Source of the DNA: Guillardia theta CCMP2712
Lineage: Eukaryota > Protista > Cryptophyta
Assembly: GCF_000315625.1 (NCBI RefSeq)
Contig: NW_005434671.1
Location: forward strand, 1,177,432-1,241,431
Direction: 5' to 3'
Length of the DNA stretch: 64,000 nucleotides
In this document: positions 51,107 through 64,000 of the stretch, in pieces
Layout of the letters: each line of letters starts with the position of its first letter
Position numbering within the stretch: the first letter of the stretch is position 1
Program-made: the position numbers and the translations under genes
The notes under the pieces: generated by a model
Database searches by the model: none
Seen by the model: the letters and a program-made list of their open reading frames with translations, nothing else
What the model was told of the DNA's origin: nothing

Positions 51107-53696
51107 ATGACGTCAGGAACTGCGATGTCATTATCAACCCTCAAATACAACAGTCACGTCAAACTCCTACAGAGGCGAGAAGTGTCATTCCCGAAAACGT
51201 CTGACAAACTTCATTCATCTTCCTACGTTTCATTGACTCCTCTTCATAGAACTTTCTACGGAGACCATGATTTCGGGAGCATGAACAAGCGGCTGTACAG
51301 CTGCCGTTCGTTTGTTCGAAGATTAAGTATGGAAGCCCAGCACGACTGGCATGCAGGTGAAGCAGATGCTTCTGCAACTCAGTCATCTAAACTTGCTGCA
51401 TCTTATCTTATCAGGATGTGTCAACACCATTCACTTTACCTCCTCTGGGTGCGCATGAGCTTGAATACGTTGTTCTCTTACTGAAATGATCTTGGCAGGC
51501 AAGAACTGATTTCTGGCTCGGATGATCTCAACATTGTCGTTGGAGATTGGCAGACTGGAATGATCAAACTTTGTTATGAGAGCGGACACGTTGGGAATGT
51601 TTTTCAAGTCAGTTGGCGCTGCGAGGTCATTAGAGTTTGAAGATGATCCGTCTTGCAGGCAAAATCCTTGCCGTCCAAGAATGATATGATCGTGACTTGT
51701 GCAGCGGACGGTCAGGTTGGTCAGGGGTGAGCATCGGGCCTATAGATTGACGTTGCAATACAATCAGGTTCGCTATGCTGAACTTCGAGAAGGATCTTCG
51801 GGGGTGCACACAAGACAAGCTTGCCGACATTTCGGCCCGGCCCACAAGTTAGCCATCGAACCTAGTGGCTCGCAGATCGTCTTGTCTGCTGGAGAAGACT
51901 CTTGTGTTCAACAGGTGCATCAGAGGAGAAGGAAGCTGAAGGAAGCTGACTCCTTCCTTTAGATTGACTTCCGAGACCGGAGGGGAGGAAACACGATCCT
52001 TAAGGTTGCAGAGGAGACGGGAGCTTCGGGTCGAGGCAGGAAGAGGAAGATCAGCTTGTAATGTCTCCCGAGACTCTCAGGCTGTTGCATTGACATAGTA
52101 GTCTGCAGGTACTCAATCAGTATGAACCCGATGGATAAGAACTATATCTGCTTCGGAGGGTCCGACTCGTGGTGCAGAATTTATGATAGGAGGCTGTTGA
52201 GTCACGATGCGCCCGAAACAGGGAAGCCTGTGCACAGGTGCATTAGTTGTTCTAAGTACAAAGATTGGGACAGGACGAGAACAGGAAAGGGGGATGGGAA
52301 AGGAGGGAAGGAGAGGCAGCGGAGGGGAGCAGAGGTGGTGGGAGAGATAGGACGACCTTGCAGAATCATGCAAAGGAGAGTGAGAGCTCTGATGAGAGTT
52401 TTCAGATTCATTCCAGAGGAACTCATGGAAAGTCCTAGAATGCACATGATCACATGTGCAGGTGATATGAGCTGTCTGCAAGGTTTGAGAATGACGATTT
52501 CCGTTGCATAGCATATTCTCATGACGGGAGTGAGATAGTTGCCAATTACAACAACGACACAGTGTATTTGTTCGACAGACGGAGGTCGTTGCATCTCTCT
52601 CAACCTCTGGAGGTTGCAGATTTGAAATTCTCACACAGAAACGAAGAGCATGAGGTATCTAGGTACAAGGGGCATTGGAACGACAAGACTATCAAGGTTT
52701 GTGAACGACAGAGCAAGACTTGGATGCTTATGAAGGACTGGCAGGGCATCAACTTCTTGGGAAAGAGGAGTGAGTACATAGTGAGCGGGTCGGATTGTGG
52801 ATCTATTTTCATCTGGGACAAGGCGACTAGCGAGATCCTCTGGGTAGCAAGATATCTTGTGACTGCCTCCCTACGGCATTCTTCCTTCCTCAGTCTTGCC
52901 CCCTCTATCTGCTCAGCTCAGCTTTCCCCTTTTCTTTGCCTCCCTCTCCTTCTCTTTTGCTGAATCTCTCCTCCTCCTTCCTCCCCCCATTTGCTCTTCT
53001 TCAACGTTGATATCCAGAGTTTCTCAGCTTGTTTCACAGGTTCAGAAAGGAGATTCGGATGTTGTGAATTGTCTTGAGCCTCATCCTCACTTGCCAGTGA
53101 GTGTTTGCAGTCCATGTTCTCACTTGCAACGCTTGCTGACTTGCTCGGGCATCTCGAGCTACTATTTCGATACTTGCTGCTGATTGTTGGTTGTGCTGTA
53201 GATCTTGGCGACCAGTGGGATAGGCAACGATGTGAAGATCTGGAGTCCGCGTCGAGACAGCGGCATGACGATAGAGGTTGGCGGATTGACTTGCAATGTC
53301 TTCTTTGCCATGACTGCTGGGATTGGAAGGAGCGAGATGGATATCTTCATGACATTCAGCGGGTAATGAAAAGAAAGCTGATGTCTTTGAAAGTACTCCA
53401 CTGAAGTTTGATTGTGCAGGAGAATCAAGGGCGGTGAGTTGAGGCTTCATGACGTTGAGATACTTCTCATTCCCCTTGATATCTCACAGCATCCATAATG
53501 CTTCTGCGACATGCTACCTTCCTCCTGACGATCGTGACAGCAACCATCTTTCTCTGTGGTCGTCTATTCTTCATCAGTTCCCGATGGTTCTTGTTGTTCA
53601 TGTGCTCGCTTGCCGCTGAACCTCTCTCCAGCTCAATGCTTCTGAGCTCATTCTGCACCCCGACTTCGAGGTCGTCTTGAATCACTACGACGACGA

Positions 53697-53734
<38 letters not shown>

Positions 53735-54360
53735 TGAGCGATGGTAGTAGCGACGAGATGGAGGATGAGAACGAGGACGAGGACGAGGACGAGGACGAGA
53801 GTGACGGTGAGCACGACGACAAGGATGATTCGAGTCAGGATGGTGACGACGGAGATGATGACGGAGATGGAGAAGCGCTCGAGGGTCCACGATCGAGCAG
53901 GGCAGAAGAGGGCGAGGACAAGTTGAGTGGAAAACCCAGCAAGGAGGATGCGGACGAGAGTCATGATGCCCGGCAGCGCAAGCAGCAGCATGAGGTCAGC
54001 GATCAGCTGGGGGTTAGCTCGGGGTTTCCTTTGTCAGCTTACCGAGATTCAGCTGGTGAGCAGCAGAGGGCAAGGAGGTCTCCTCTATGCCCGGCTGGGC
54101 CCCATGGAGGCAAGAGAGGCCAACAGGATGAGCAAAGTGACAAGGTTGAGAGCTGCAAGAGGAGGAGGAGAGTGTTTACCAGCGTGTCCGACGTGGTGGA
54201 CTACCTCCAGGAGCTCCAGTCCGAGGAGCCTGACAAGCCTGACAAACCTGATAAGCCTGATAAGCCCGATGACAAGGCTGACGAGCTGAGCAGGAGCCCT
54301 CAGACTGCAGGCTTGACATCTGCTGATCTTCTTCACGATCTCTCATCCGATAGCGACTGA
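51107..54360 (+). CDS. DCAF8: WD40 protein, DDB1-CUL4-associated factor 8-like, acidic C-terminal tail
   Basis: HAGCVNT, SGSDDL, SGHVGNVFQAK, TCAADGQVR, AHKLAIEP, YKGHWNDKTIK, SGSDCG.IFIWDK, VVNCLEPHP, ATSGI.NDVKIWSP across many introns; ends approximate. Confidence 0.88.
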
Positions 54361-54956
54361 CATGACGAGGAGGAGGAAATAATGATCTGATTGAAACTGT
54401 GAAATCAGCCTGTTGTTTGGTCTTCCGAGTTCCATTTGCGCACTGCGGCAGGCCCTGAGGCGGCCCGGGGTGGGACCGCTTACCGTAGTACGCTAAGCCC
54501 GGCCACCGTCACTACCGTAGCCTACCGTAGGAGTCGGTCAGTACAGTCATGCCCCGGGCAGCCGCAGTATTTCCACAGTTTGGCAACAAGGGAGCTCAAT
54601 AGTACATACACTGTGATTGTTCTAGATTTAGGACAACAAGGACTGAGATTGCTCTAGATTTAGGACAACAAGGGAGTGTACTTGTTAAGTTATAGTGATT
54701 GCTCTAGATTTTTTTCTTTTTCCGACTTTACAAGGAGCCGAAGTTGCACGTCTACCCTCCCTATGGAATGATACCACTACCCCCCTCCCCCCTACATACT
54801 TGTGGAGAGTACAGGGGTACTGACTCATCATTGAACCAGCGGTACTAAACAGAATCATTCTCAGGGACAGGGGTGGGTGGGGGTGATGAAGAAAAACATC
54901 ATAGAGGGGATGTCCTGCTGCGACCCGCCTCTGCTGCCGTAGACGGTGCTGGCACC

Positions 54957-57900
54957 ATGTCAGCTCAGCTGGAGGATGAGGGGAGGAGAGGAGGGAAAAG
55001 GGAGAGGACATCGGTCCACTGGTTCCCCTCTCGCAGCTTCCTTGTTGCGATGGAACTAGAAAATATATTTGTGAGGGATTTGTGACAGGTGCAATGGGTG
55101 CCAAAGAAAGTACTCGATGTGAGATTGAGGACAGCAGGTCGGAAGGTTGACTGCAGAACGTGCTATCCCAGAGATGATGTGAACACGTTAGGATTTACCC
55201 AGAATCAGGGCATTTTGGCCCATTCCAACTTGTTCACTCGCTCATTTTTGCTTGTCATCCCTTTTTCGTTTTTTTCCTGTCGACAATCCCAGAGATTCAC
55301 ATGTTCTGCATGCCGTGGATGTTTTTGATTGTAATGATGGTGCCGTGGATGTTTTTGATTGTAATGATGGTGCCGTGGATGTTTTTGATTGTAATGATGG
55401 TGCCTTGCCGCAGGCTCGCTGATACATCGAGTCGTTGAGGCGCGAGGCGAGCGCCATGTGGCTAGAGATCAGCATAATGAAGTCAGAGGGCAAAGTGCGG
55501 TGAATCAGTGAGGCGAGACAAGTCAACAGCAGCGAGAATGGCAGCAGCTGCGGTCACCGTCTTGCATTCAGACCGAGCTGCCTTGAACATCAAGACGGAG
55601 AATGAGAACCTCATGGTTCTTCCTCCCCCCGAGCTGCACATTCGCATGGGCACGCTTGAGAAGCAACGAGTTGGAGCAACAGTGAACTGGGAGCCAAGAA
55701 CCGCTGTTCTCACGGCACAGAAGCTTTACTTCTCCAAGAAAGACACAGACATTATCTTGGACGAAATCCCATTGCAAGAAATCAGCGAGATTCTGCAGAA
55801 TGCAGAACAAGGTCAAAAGCTGAAAGAGCCACCGTCGATGGTCATCCAGACTGTTTCAGGCGGATACAACAGTGGCAGAACATATGTTTACCGAGCTGAA
55901 CAGGCAGAGGATCACGAATCTTGGTATGCCGACCTGTGCTTGTACAGGGACAAAGCAATCCAGTATCAAGAGAGGTTGGCAAAGAAGATGCTCAATTCAG
56001 GGAGTTCGTTCAATCAGTTCAGACAGAGAGTCCTTGAAATCTACGAGTCAGGCCCAAGTCAAGCCTTCTTTGCCAGTCTCATATTCGCAAGTTTTGCCAT
56101 CGATCTCTCCCAGGCAGAACTTCTTCCTCCAGACGGAACTTATCGAGCCAATCAGTTCGACACTGCCGATACGGTCTTCACCGTGCTCTTCACGCTTGAG
56201 CTCTGCATCAACTTGTTTGCAAGGTCCAAGCATTGGTTCAAGGCTTTTTTTGCAGACGGATGGAACATACTCGACGTAGTAATTGTTTGCGTGTCTTTGA
56301 TGACACAATTTTCCTCCGGTATTCCTTCTATGAAGCCTCTACGATTGATCCGCGTGTTTAGAATAGCCAAGATTTTCAGAAGGCTGACATCACTGAACAA
56401 GATCATCACAGCCCTGGCCTCCGCTCTTGTTCCTGTTGGAAACAGTTTCCTTATTCTCTTCCTTGTCACCTGCATCTGGGCAGCGTTGGCGACTCACCTG
56501 TTCAGGTCTCGGAGTGAAGTTTTCTTCGGAAAATTTAGTGCGTCACTTTTCACGGTGAGTTTTTTTATCATGATCTCCTTCGCTTGGATTGATTCATTTT
56601 CCTCCGTTTGCGCTCATCAGATGTTCCAAGTCGTAACAGGAGACAGGTACCCCCCATTCACCTCGCTCCTCCCCCCCCTTGTCATCCCATATTTCTCTCT
56701 TCGTTCCCCCGTTGTACTTGTGTTCCATCTCTTGATATGTCCTGCTGATGTTCCATCTCTTGACATGTCCTGCTGATGCCGATATCAGTTGGGCTTCTGC
56801 GGTCACGAGAACGATCTTCGAGGATGGGATGCTCAAGACTTCAACCGACTACGGCATCGCCATCTTCTTCGTCAGCTACGTGCTCATCGCCGGTGTCTTT
56901 TTGATCAACGTGGTGGTGGCGGTTCTGTTGGATGAATTCATCTCGTCGATCCAGAAGAGGAAGCAGGCGATGCAGCGCGAGCACGAGGAGCTGGAGGAGA
57001 ATCGCAAGGACGCCAAGAGGGCCAAGGGCGTCCTAGACCCTCTGACCAGCCACCTCGCCAACTTCGTCAACGACGTGGACTTGAGCTTGAAGATCAAACA
57101 GACGTACGAGCGGCTGGATCAGGACGGGTCAGGCGGTCTCAACCTCACGGAGTTTCAGAACGGAGTGAAGAAGCTGCCGACGGCGAACCCGATGCACATC
57201 CTGGAAGATGACTTCGACCTGCTGACGGATGGAGGGAGGCTGTGCAACGAGGAGGGGGAGTTCAGCTCCACTCAGTTCCAGACGATGATGCGAGAGGAGC
57301 TGCGGAGATTCTCTCAGAGAATGGCAGCGAATGCGATGAGCGAGACGCGGAGCCAGGAACTCAAGTCCATCCTCCTCATGCTCAAGGTGATGGACCTCAA
57401 GAGCGAGCAGATGGAGCGAGATGATCGAAACCCCAAGTCGCTCAGCGAGCAGGACAGCAAGGCTCTCGCGTCAACTGTCTTCGACGTCTGTGACAAGCAG
57501 AGGAGAGGAAAGTTGAGCATGCAAGAGGCGTCGCGGGGCTTCTCTTATCTCAAGGTCCCCTCTGATCGGCACGAGGAGATTTTCAACGGGCTAGGAGGAG
57601 AGGAAGAGGGTGGCATGACGAGGGAGCAGTTCCTGCGAGCAACTGTCTTCGCGCAGCAGCAGCAGGAGCAGCAGCAGGAGGACCGGCTCCACTTGATGCA
57701 GCAGCAGCTGACGAGGATGCAGAAAGATCTGGCAGCGGTCAAGGAGATGATGGTTACCTTGTGCCAAGGTGAGTCCGCCTCACCGAGACATGCGCGAGAC
57801 GCTGATAAGGTTTTACAGGACGAGACGGGGGGGCCAGATGGGCGGAGGAGGAGCAGGACGTGAACGTTCGACTCCTGTCTCCTCCTGTCCTCTCCAACGG

Positions 57901-58633
57901 CAACGGGCACCTGCCACTGCCTGAGAAGAAGAAGAAGAAGAAGAAGACGGCTTCGACGAACGGAGAAGAGGCGTTCCAGCTGGAGGAGGGGCCCAGCTCA
58001 GCTCGAGCAGACGAGGTGCTCACGTACTTGTCGCTCAACTCCGACCACAAGAAGGAGCGTGTCAAGATCGTGGACAAGACGGGCAGCAGGAGGTCCTCCT
58101 CCTCCATCCTCGTTGACTGCGACGTCGGGCTAGTCGACAAGAAGGACGCGAGGAGGAGCGTGAGGGATTCTGAGTCTCCCCGCTCCTCCACCCCAAGGAG
58201 CGTCAGCAGCGTCGTCACACCAAGGAAGAAAGAGCGGAATCTGAGCCTCTCCCTGCTGGAGTACAACACTGTGCTCAACGGGGCACGAGGTGCAAGCAAG
58301 AACGACAAGTTCATAGATCAGCCGAGGTCTGCAAGAAGAAGCTCGGAGCAGCCGCAGACGGTCGGGAGGAGCTGGGAGGACGAGGAAGACTTGTTCGAGT
58401 ATATGACAACGGCTCCTCCCTCCTCTCGCCCACTGGCCGTGGGAGTGAGTGCGCAGGATCACACGAAGAGCAAGATGACAAGGGGCAGGAGGCAATCTAT
58501 GTCACCTCCTCGACCCTCCCTGTCACCCCCAACTGTACGAGCAGACGAAGGAGGAGGAGGAGGAGGAGGAGGAGGAGGAGGAGGAGGAGGAGGGAGGGGG
58601 ACCGAGGCGTGGGGAGCGGAGGTTACCGACCGT
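54957..58633 (+). CDS. single-domain voltage-gated cation channel with N-terminal PH domain and C-terminal EF hands; 3' end near assembly gap
   Basis: S2 FTLEL, S3 WNILD, S4 KPLRLIRVFRIAKIFRR, pore FT|MFQVVTGD|SWAS, S6 INVVVAVLLDEF, EF hand DQDGSGGLNLTEF; start uncertain. Confidence 0.88.
55311..55404. repeat. 30-bp tandem repeat x3 (probably intronic)
   Basis: tgccgtggatgtttttgattgtaatgatgg x3 exact. Confidence 0.95.
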
Positions 58634-58960
58634 NNNNNNNNNNNNNNNNNNNNNNNNNNNNNNNNNNNNNNNNNNNNNNNNNNNNNNNNNNNNNNNNNNN
58701 NNNNNNNNNNNNNNNNNNNNNNNNNNNNNNNNNTCCTTCGTCCTCCTTCCTCTCCTCTCCTCTCTCACTCTCCCTCTCCCTCCCCCTCCCTCCTCCCTCC
58801 TCCTCCCCCTCCCTCTCCCTCCTCCTCCCCCTCCTCTCCTCTCCTCTCTCCTCTCCTCTCCTCTCTTCTCTCCTCTCTTCTCTCCTCTTCTCTCCTCTCT
58901 CCTCTCCCTCTTCTCTCCCTCTCGTCTCCCTCTCGTCTCCCTCTCGTCTTCTCTCTTCGC
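58548..58960. repeat. (GGA)n and CT-rich low-complexity tracts around an assembly gap (N 58634-58733)
   Basis: Directly visible. Confidence 0.9.
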
Positions 58961-59146
58961 ATTCGCTCTACTTTGTAACCATCGATCCCATCTTGGTATG
59001 TTTGCTAGTCTACGTCTTATTGTGGGGGTAGGGTTCATTTCTAGTTCCTTCCGCAGGGACAATGATGGGGTATTCTCATGTAAATTACACGGGTACTCGT
59101 TATTTGTCAAGGGTGGTTGCGACAGGGTGGAGGGGACAGCAACGCA

Positions 59147-60715
59147 ATGGCGGAGGAGGGGAGGGCGGGATCAGACGCATCATCGATAGAGGACGACACG
59201 AGGAGTCTGTTGACAGCTGACGATCTTGCTGGTTCTACCTTCCCTTCCTCTCATCCCTCCTCTCAAGCGAGGAGAAATCGTCCAGATGAAGAGAGAGCAT
59301 ACGCGCAGGAGAGGACGAGGTCAACAGGGGAGGAGGATGAGGAGGTAGAAGAGGAGCTCGTTTACACAGCAGCACATGTGACGTCCATCCTCAAGCCCGT
59401 ATCTTTGACCATGATCCTGGTGGTGTGGATCATCAAGATGACGGAGGAGGTGCTTCGAAACGAGACTATTCAATCCCCCTACTAGTATTCAGAGAAGAGT
59501 CATCGGATGCAGATGGAACAAGAGCCTTGAAGGCCCTTGTAAATGCTCTAGTCGTTGTGATGGCAATTCTGGTCTTCACTGTCATATTCTTTTTCCTGTA
59601 CAAGTATCGTTGTATGAAGATTCTCTATGGTTGGCTCGGGCTCTCCGTTGCCATGCTTCTAGGTTTCAGCGGCGGAGCATTATCATACTCGCTGATCATC
59701 TCTCTGAGCAAAACACAAGCCGGCTGGTTCCCTTCCATTGATGTGTACTCGTTCATGTTCCTCCAGACGAACTTCGCGGCGATGGGGGTGCTGGTTGTTT
59801 TCTGGAAGTCGCCGCTAATTGTGAAGCAAGTCTACTTGATCATCGCAAGCTGCATCATGGCCTGGGTTCTCTCTAGGTATTTTCCTGACTGGACGACATG
59901 GGCGCTTCTCTTCGGCTTGTCTGTGTACGACATCTTTGCCGTGCTGTCACCCTGCGGACCTCTCAAGGCTCTCGTAGAGCTTTCTCAAGATCGAGGGGAT
60001 GCCATCCCAGGTCTGGTGTATGAGGCTGCACCGCCGGAGAAGCGAGCAGGAAGATCCAGGCAAGAACGTGAGCTACAGTCAAGCTCAGAACAGCAGGCCT
60101 CCTCCTCCTCCTCCTCCCTAGTGCAAACTCAAGGGTCTAGCAGTGCCAACCGGAACTCGAATCCTTCACCTCTTCGTCATAGGAACGGCTCCGGGAGTGA
60201 GGGCGGACAGCGGCAGGAGGACGAAGGGGGGGGAAGTTGTGCAGGACAGGCTACTGCTTCAGCGCAGACAGAGTCCGCTGCAGCCACAGCTGGCAATCGC
60301 AGGGAGATCTCTCGTGAAAGTGATTCAGTCCAACAGATGGAAGCAGGGAGGGGGGGCAGCCAATCGAGCACAGTGTCGGAGGCGAGCTCAGAAGATGACA
60401 AAGGAGTCAAGCTTGGCCTGGGTGATTTTGTCTTCTACTCAGTGTTGATTGGTCGTGCAGCAATCTTCGATTTCACCACTGTCGTCACTTGCTTTCTAGC
60501 GATCTTGACGGTGACGTATCTTCGGTCAAACTGCCTCATGTTTCTCACATTTCACGCAGGGGCTCATCCTGACTCTTTTCTGTCTCGCAGTCTTTCGCAA
60601 GGCTCTTCCCGCCCTTCCCTTCAGCATTTTCCTCGGGATCGCAACATTTCTCGTAAGCAAGGCTGTCCTCATCCCTTTCCTCCAACCGCTGCAGATGCAG
60701 CAAGTCTTGCTCTAG
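59147..60715 (+). CDS. PSEN: presenilin (gamma-secretase catalytic subunit); apparent frameshift near 59480
   Basis: PVSLTM, YKYRCMK, PDWTTW, catalytic YD, GPLKALVE, KLGLGDFVFYSVL and, after one intron, ALPALP. Confidence 0.95.
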
Positions 60716-60836
60716 AAGACCAAGGAAAGTAAAGACACCCCAAGAGACCCGCGCGTGATTGTGTTCAAAACACTACACTAGAAACTCAAGTTAATACACC
60801 GAATGTCCGCTAACTTAAAAGACTAGGGCAACCCGC

Positions 60837-61094
60837 TTACGCAGTGGCGCAGGGATCGACGTCGCCGGTGGCAACGTGGTACTCATCGATGCAGGTGGTC
60901 CAGGTGTAGGACATGTCGCTACCGGAGCCATAGCTGTCCTGCACGGTCACAGTGCCGAAGCCAGTGGCGGTAGAAGAGCAGTTAGCTCCCGAAGCGTCAC
61001 AGAAGTCGTCCTGCGCAACTTGTCAGGGCAAAATAGGCCAAAGATAAACGCAACTTACAGAGAGAGCCATGAGGGTACGGATATCGCCAAACAT
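60837..61094 (-). CDS. 69-aa Cys/Thr/Asp-rich microprotein, 2 exons
   Basis: Exon 61059-61094 MFGDIRTLMALS, intron 61011-61058 (gtaagt..ctgac..gcag), exon 60837-61010 DDFCDASGANCSSTATGFG...DPCATA*; mostly C-ending codons. Confidence 0.75.
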
Positions 61095-62007
61095 CTGCAT
61101 GCACACCATTGCAGGTCAGAAACCCGGGCCACCAAAAGAAGAGTAACGCGATGATAGGAAAATAAATCCGAGCAAGAAAAAATAATGTCTTTGCCCTCAA
61201 ATAGACTTCAAGATGGCTAGACCAAACGTCCTGAAGTTTCTCCTTATTACTCTGTTGCAGTAAAACACTATGCATAGCTCAATAACGCTGCAACACCTTC
61301 AACACCGCTGTACCTTCGACATCAACTGCTCTCATCTTGTACCTTCTCTCATTTTGATCTCTTACACCTCCCACTTCTTCTCTGCATGCTCGTCTACATA
61401 CTGCATGTTTGGCCATTCCTCTACATCGCGGCACGTCCCCACGTCCCAGAAATAGATCTTGCCTATGGGCAACTAGTAGTTTTAAGATCTACCAACAATC
61501 GACCATAAAACATTTTATAAAACATTTGCAGGTAATAAAGGACCAAATCAAAAACTAAAAAGCATGTTGACTGATCTTTTATCATACAAACTAGTAAAGT
61601 TGTGGGTGGATCGTTTAATAACTTAACAATGAGGTCACTGCTGAGAGAGGTCAATGAGGGGATGAGGGTACCAAATCCCTCCGATTGTGGGACCGGGTAG
61701 TTATAGGGGCTAGAGGGTGGGTTGTATTGCAATGGAAATCTACCGGGTACTTTTAGATATTTGATGGGGTAGGGGTCAAATGGGTCGAAAGGTTGTGAAT
61801 AGGATACCATGGCGGGGGTAGAGGACGAGGGAGCATGAGATGGAGGGAGGCAGGAGAAGGACCTGATACGACGACGAAGAGAGAGAGGTAGGAGAAACAA
61901 TGTTGCGAAGGAGACAATGGTACCATAGCATGTTGGAAGCATTGAGATAGTGTGAGCCCAACGAAGTCACAGGCGAGGCAGGCGAGGAAGTATCATTCCA
62001 GCGCAAG

Positions 62008-63426
62008 ATGATCCAGACATCAAAGCAGTTTCAATCGTCTCATGCAGACAAGCATGTATCTCTGAAGACAGGCATTGGCTTGAAGTTGGGTGAAGTCGAC
62101 AACGATGTATTCGTGACGCAGATTGTGGTGGGAGGGCCATGCTTCTACGACGAGCGAGTGAATGTAGGCGACCACCTCATGTCTATCGACGGTGTAGATG
62201 TCTCCAAGCTGTCAAAGAACGACATCCAGCAGATGATGGTGGGGCATGTCGGGACGATGGTGAAGCTGGGGCTAGCTCGTAGAGTTGACGACATCAATGT
62301 GTACAATTTCATCGTCGAGATTCAGCGGTCGCACCTCAAGGAGCCCAAGGGAAGCATCATCAAAGTCAAGGGCAGCCTTGGACTCTCTCTGCAGCACATG
62401 CCCGACTTCACCTTTGAAGTCGCAGCCATCCCGGACGACTCGCCGCTCGCTCGCAACGGCATTCTCCATCGGCGAGATCGCATCTGGTCCGTCAATGGCG
62501 TCACGCTCGACCAGATGCGACGCTGCGATGCTTCAGAGCTGTTCCGCAACCCCGGAGGAGCAGCCATGAAGCTCATCGTGCTCAGGGGAGGGGCAGTGAT
62601 CAACCTGAACATCGACGAGGAGTCGTTCAACATATCTTCCGTGGAGTCTAAAGTTGTCCTATCTCCTATCTGCAAGTCCAACCGACTTGGGCTGAGGATG
62701 GAGGCGCATGTCGAGGAAGGGACAGTCAAGATCGTGTCTGTGGAGAGGGATGGGCCGGCAGACAAAACGAGGATGCTCCAAAATGGGGACGAGATCGTTG
62801 CGGTAAGTGAAGAGGGAGGAGAGGGGAAGGAGAATGGAAAGGAGCCCTGTTGTTGAACTTGGATGTAGGTAAACGGACATTCCATCATAGAAGAGACCAT
62901 GGACAAGAAGCTGAAACTCGATGAGCTCGTAGTGTTATTGGAAACAGCGTGAGATGATGGGAGTTTGTTGACTTGTGCCGCTGAGCTGAACCTACAGGGT
63001 TGATAATGTGACGGTGCTGACGATCCGAAGGAGCAATGTCGCCCACGACTTTGATGTTGCTGTCTTGCAGAGCTCTCAACGTATGATGGTAAGATGAGTT
63101 GTGGAGGGAGAGGAAAGGTGGAGGGAGAGGAAAGGAGATAAACTTGCCGTGATTTGTGGTGATGCACGAAATAAGTGTAGGTTGATGGTGGAGGACCGTG
63201 TTTCAGTACTTTTTGTTTGACCTCATCGAATGAGAAACTTGCATCATGTTCATCAAAGATCACACGTTGTTTCGCTCTGATTTATATGTTTCGAAACAGG
63301 AGAACAACAAATCCCCGTCCCTTTCTATCCCCCGCCCTCCCCTCCTACGTTCTGCGGGTCAGTTCGGTTGCTCCTGCTTCGGCCTCTGCTCTGGCATCTG
63401 CCCCAGACATCTCTTGCTTTACTATG

Positions 63427-63480
<54 letters not shown>

Positions 63481-64000
63481 TTGCTCCAGCTCCTGCTCCT
63501 GCTCCTGCTCCCTAGACTCGTGCTCCCCTCTTCGTTCGCTGAAAAGATTCGTAGGAGAGCAAGTAGTCAGCAACCTCTTCCTCGGGCTCGTACTTCTCCG
63601 TCGTCCGCAGAAGAGGCAAGGACCCTCCAGCTTCTCTTGCCGTCCTCTCACCCTCCTCCCTCTGGTCTCCCCGCCTCTCGCCTCTCCTCCTCCCCAGTCC
63701 TCGCCTCCTCAGTCCTCTCCTCCTCAGTCCCTCCTTCCCGGTCCTCCCCTGCTCCTCCTGCTCCTCCTGCTCCTCCTGTTGCCGTCTGACTCGCTTCCCT
63801 TGCTCAGCGTTGGCTTCGAGGTTTACGAGGTCAAGAAACATCGACCAGCGAGCGAGGCGGGCCTGTGCATTGGAGACGTGCTTGTCGGGGTTGACGGGCT
63901 CAAGTAAGAGGACCAGGAGAGAGAGAGGAGGGAGAAAGCGGAGAAGTTAGAGATGGGTTGGGTAGGGAGGAGGAGGAGGAGGAGGAGGAGGACGAGGAGG
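62008..64000 (+). CDS. multi-PDZ-domain protein (truncated by window end)
   Basis: GIGL..GGP..VGD.L.SIDG, SLGL..SVNG, RLGL..GPA..GDEIVAVNG, PASEAGL.IGDVLVGVDG: at least four PDZ units. Confidence 0.88.
63427..63510. repeat. (CTCCTG)n hexamer repeat, intronic
   Basis: Directly visible. Confidence 0.9.

Noticed and set aside
57769-57863. Apparent frameshift in the channel C-terminus
   Set aside because: Resolved by an ordinary gtgagt...ttacag intron
63217-63907. Poly-Leu, poly-AP, poly-SC and poly-EQ ORFs
   Set aside because: Hexamer repeat and low-complexity sequence within introns of the PDZ gene

Overview
Gene-dense eukaryotic nuclear DNA with many short (~45-60 nt) spliceosomal introns, low-complexity intergenic tracts and two 100-N assembly gaps. 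The intron style, composition and a bipartite plastid-targeting leader suggest a cryptophyte such as Guillardia theta (inference, not verified). About 25 protein-coding genes can be supported. Recognisable ones: a 12-TM double-domain nucleotidyl cyclase, glutaminyl cyclase, plant-type Tom20, a multi-exon panB absent from the ORF track, a GlcNAc-kinase-family ATPase, a POT-like MFS transporter, a plastid SET methyltransferase, a HisC-like aminotransferase, a type II collagen-like protein, a DCAF8-like WD40 protein, a PH + single-domain voltage-gated channel + EF-hand protein, presenilin and a multi-PDZ protein. The most unusual region is 20.1-26.5 kb: four paralogous LOV-like PAS genes (-,-,+,-) with near-identical cores (intron 1 included), distinct N- and C-termini and mutually incompatible shared variants, consistent with a gene-conversion mosaic in an inversion-competent layout. 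Other highlights: swapped catalytic half-sites in the cyclase, a probable GA-AG intron, three single-base frameshifts (probably assembly errors), a hidden 69-aa gene and two recurrent intergenic motif vocabularies. No rRNA, tRNA or CRISPR array was seen.
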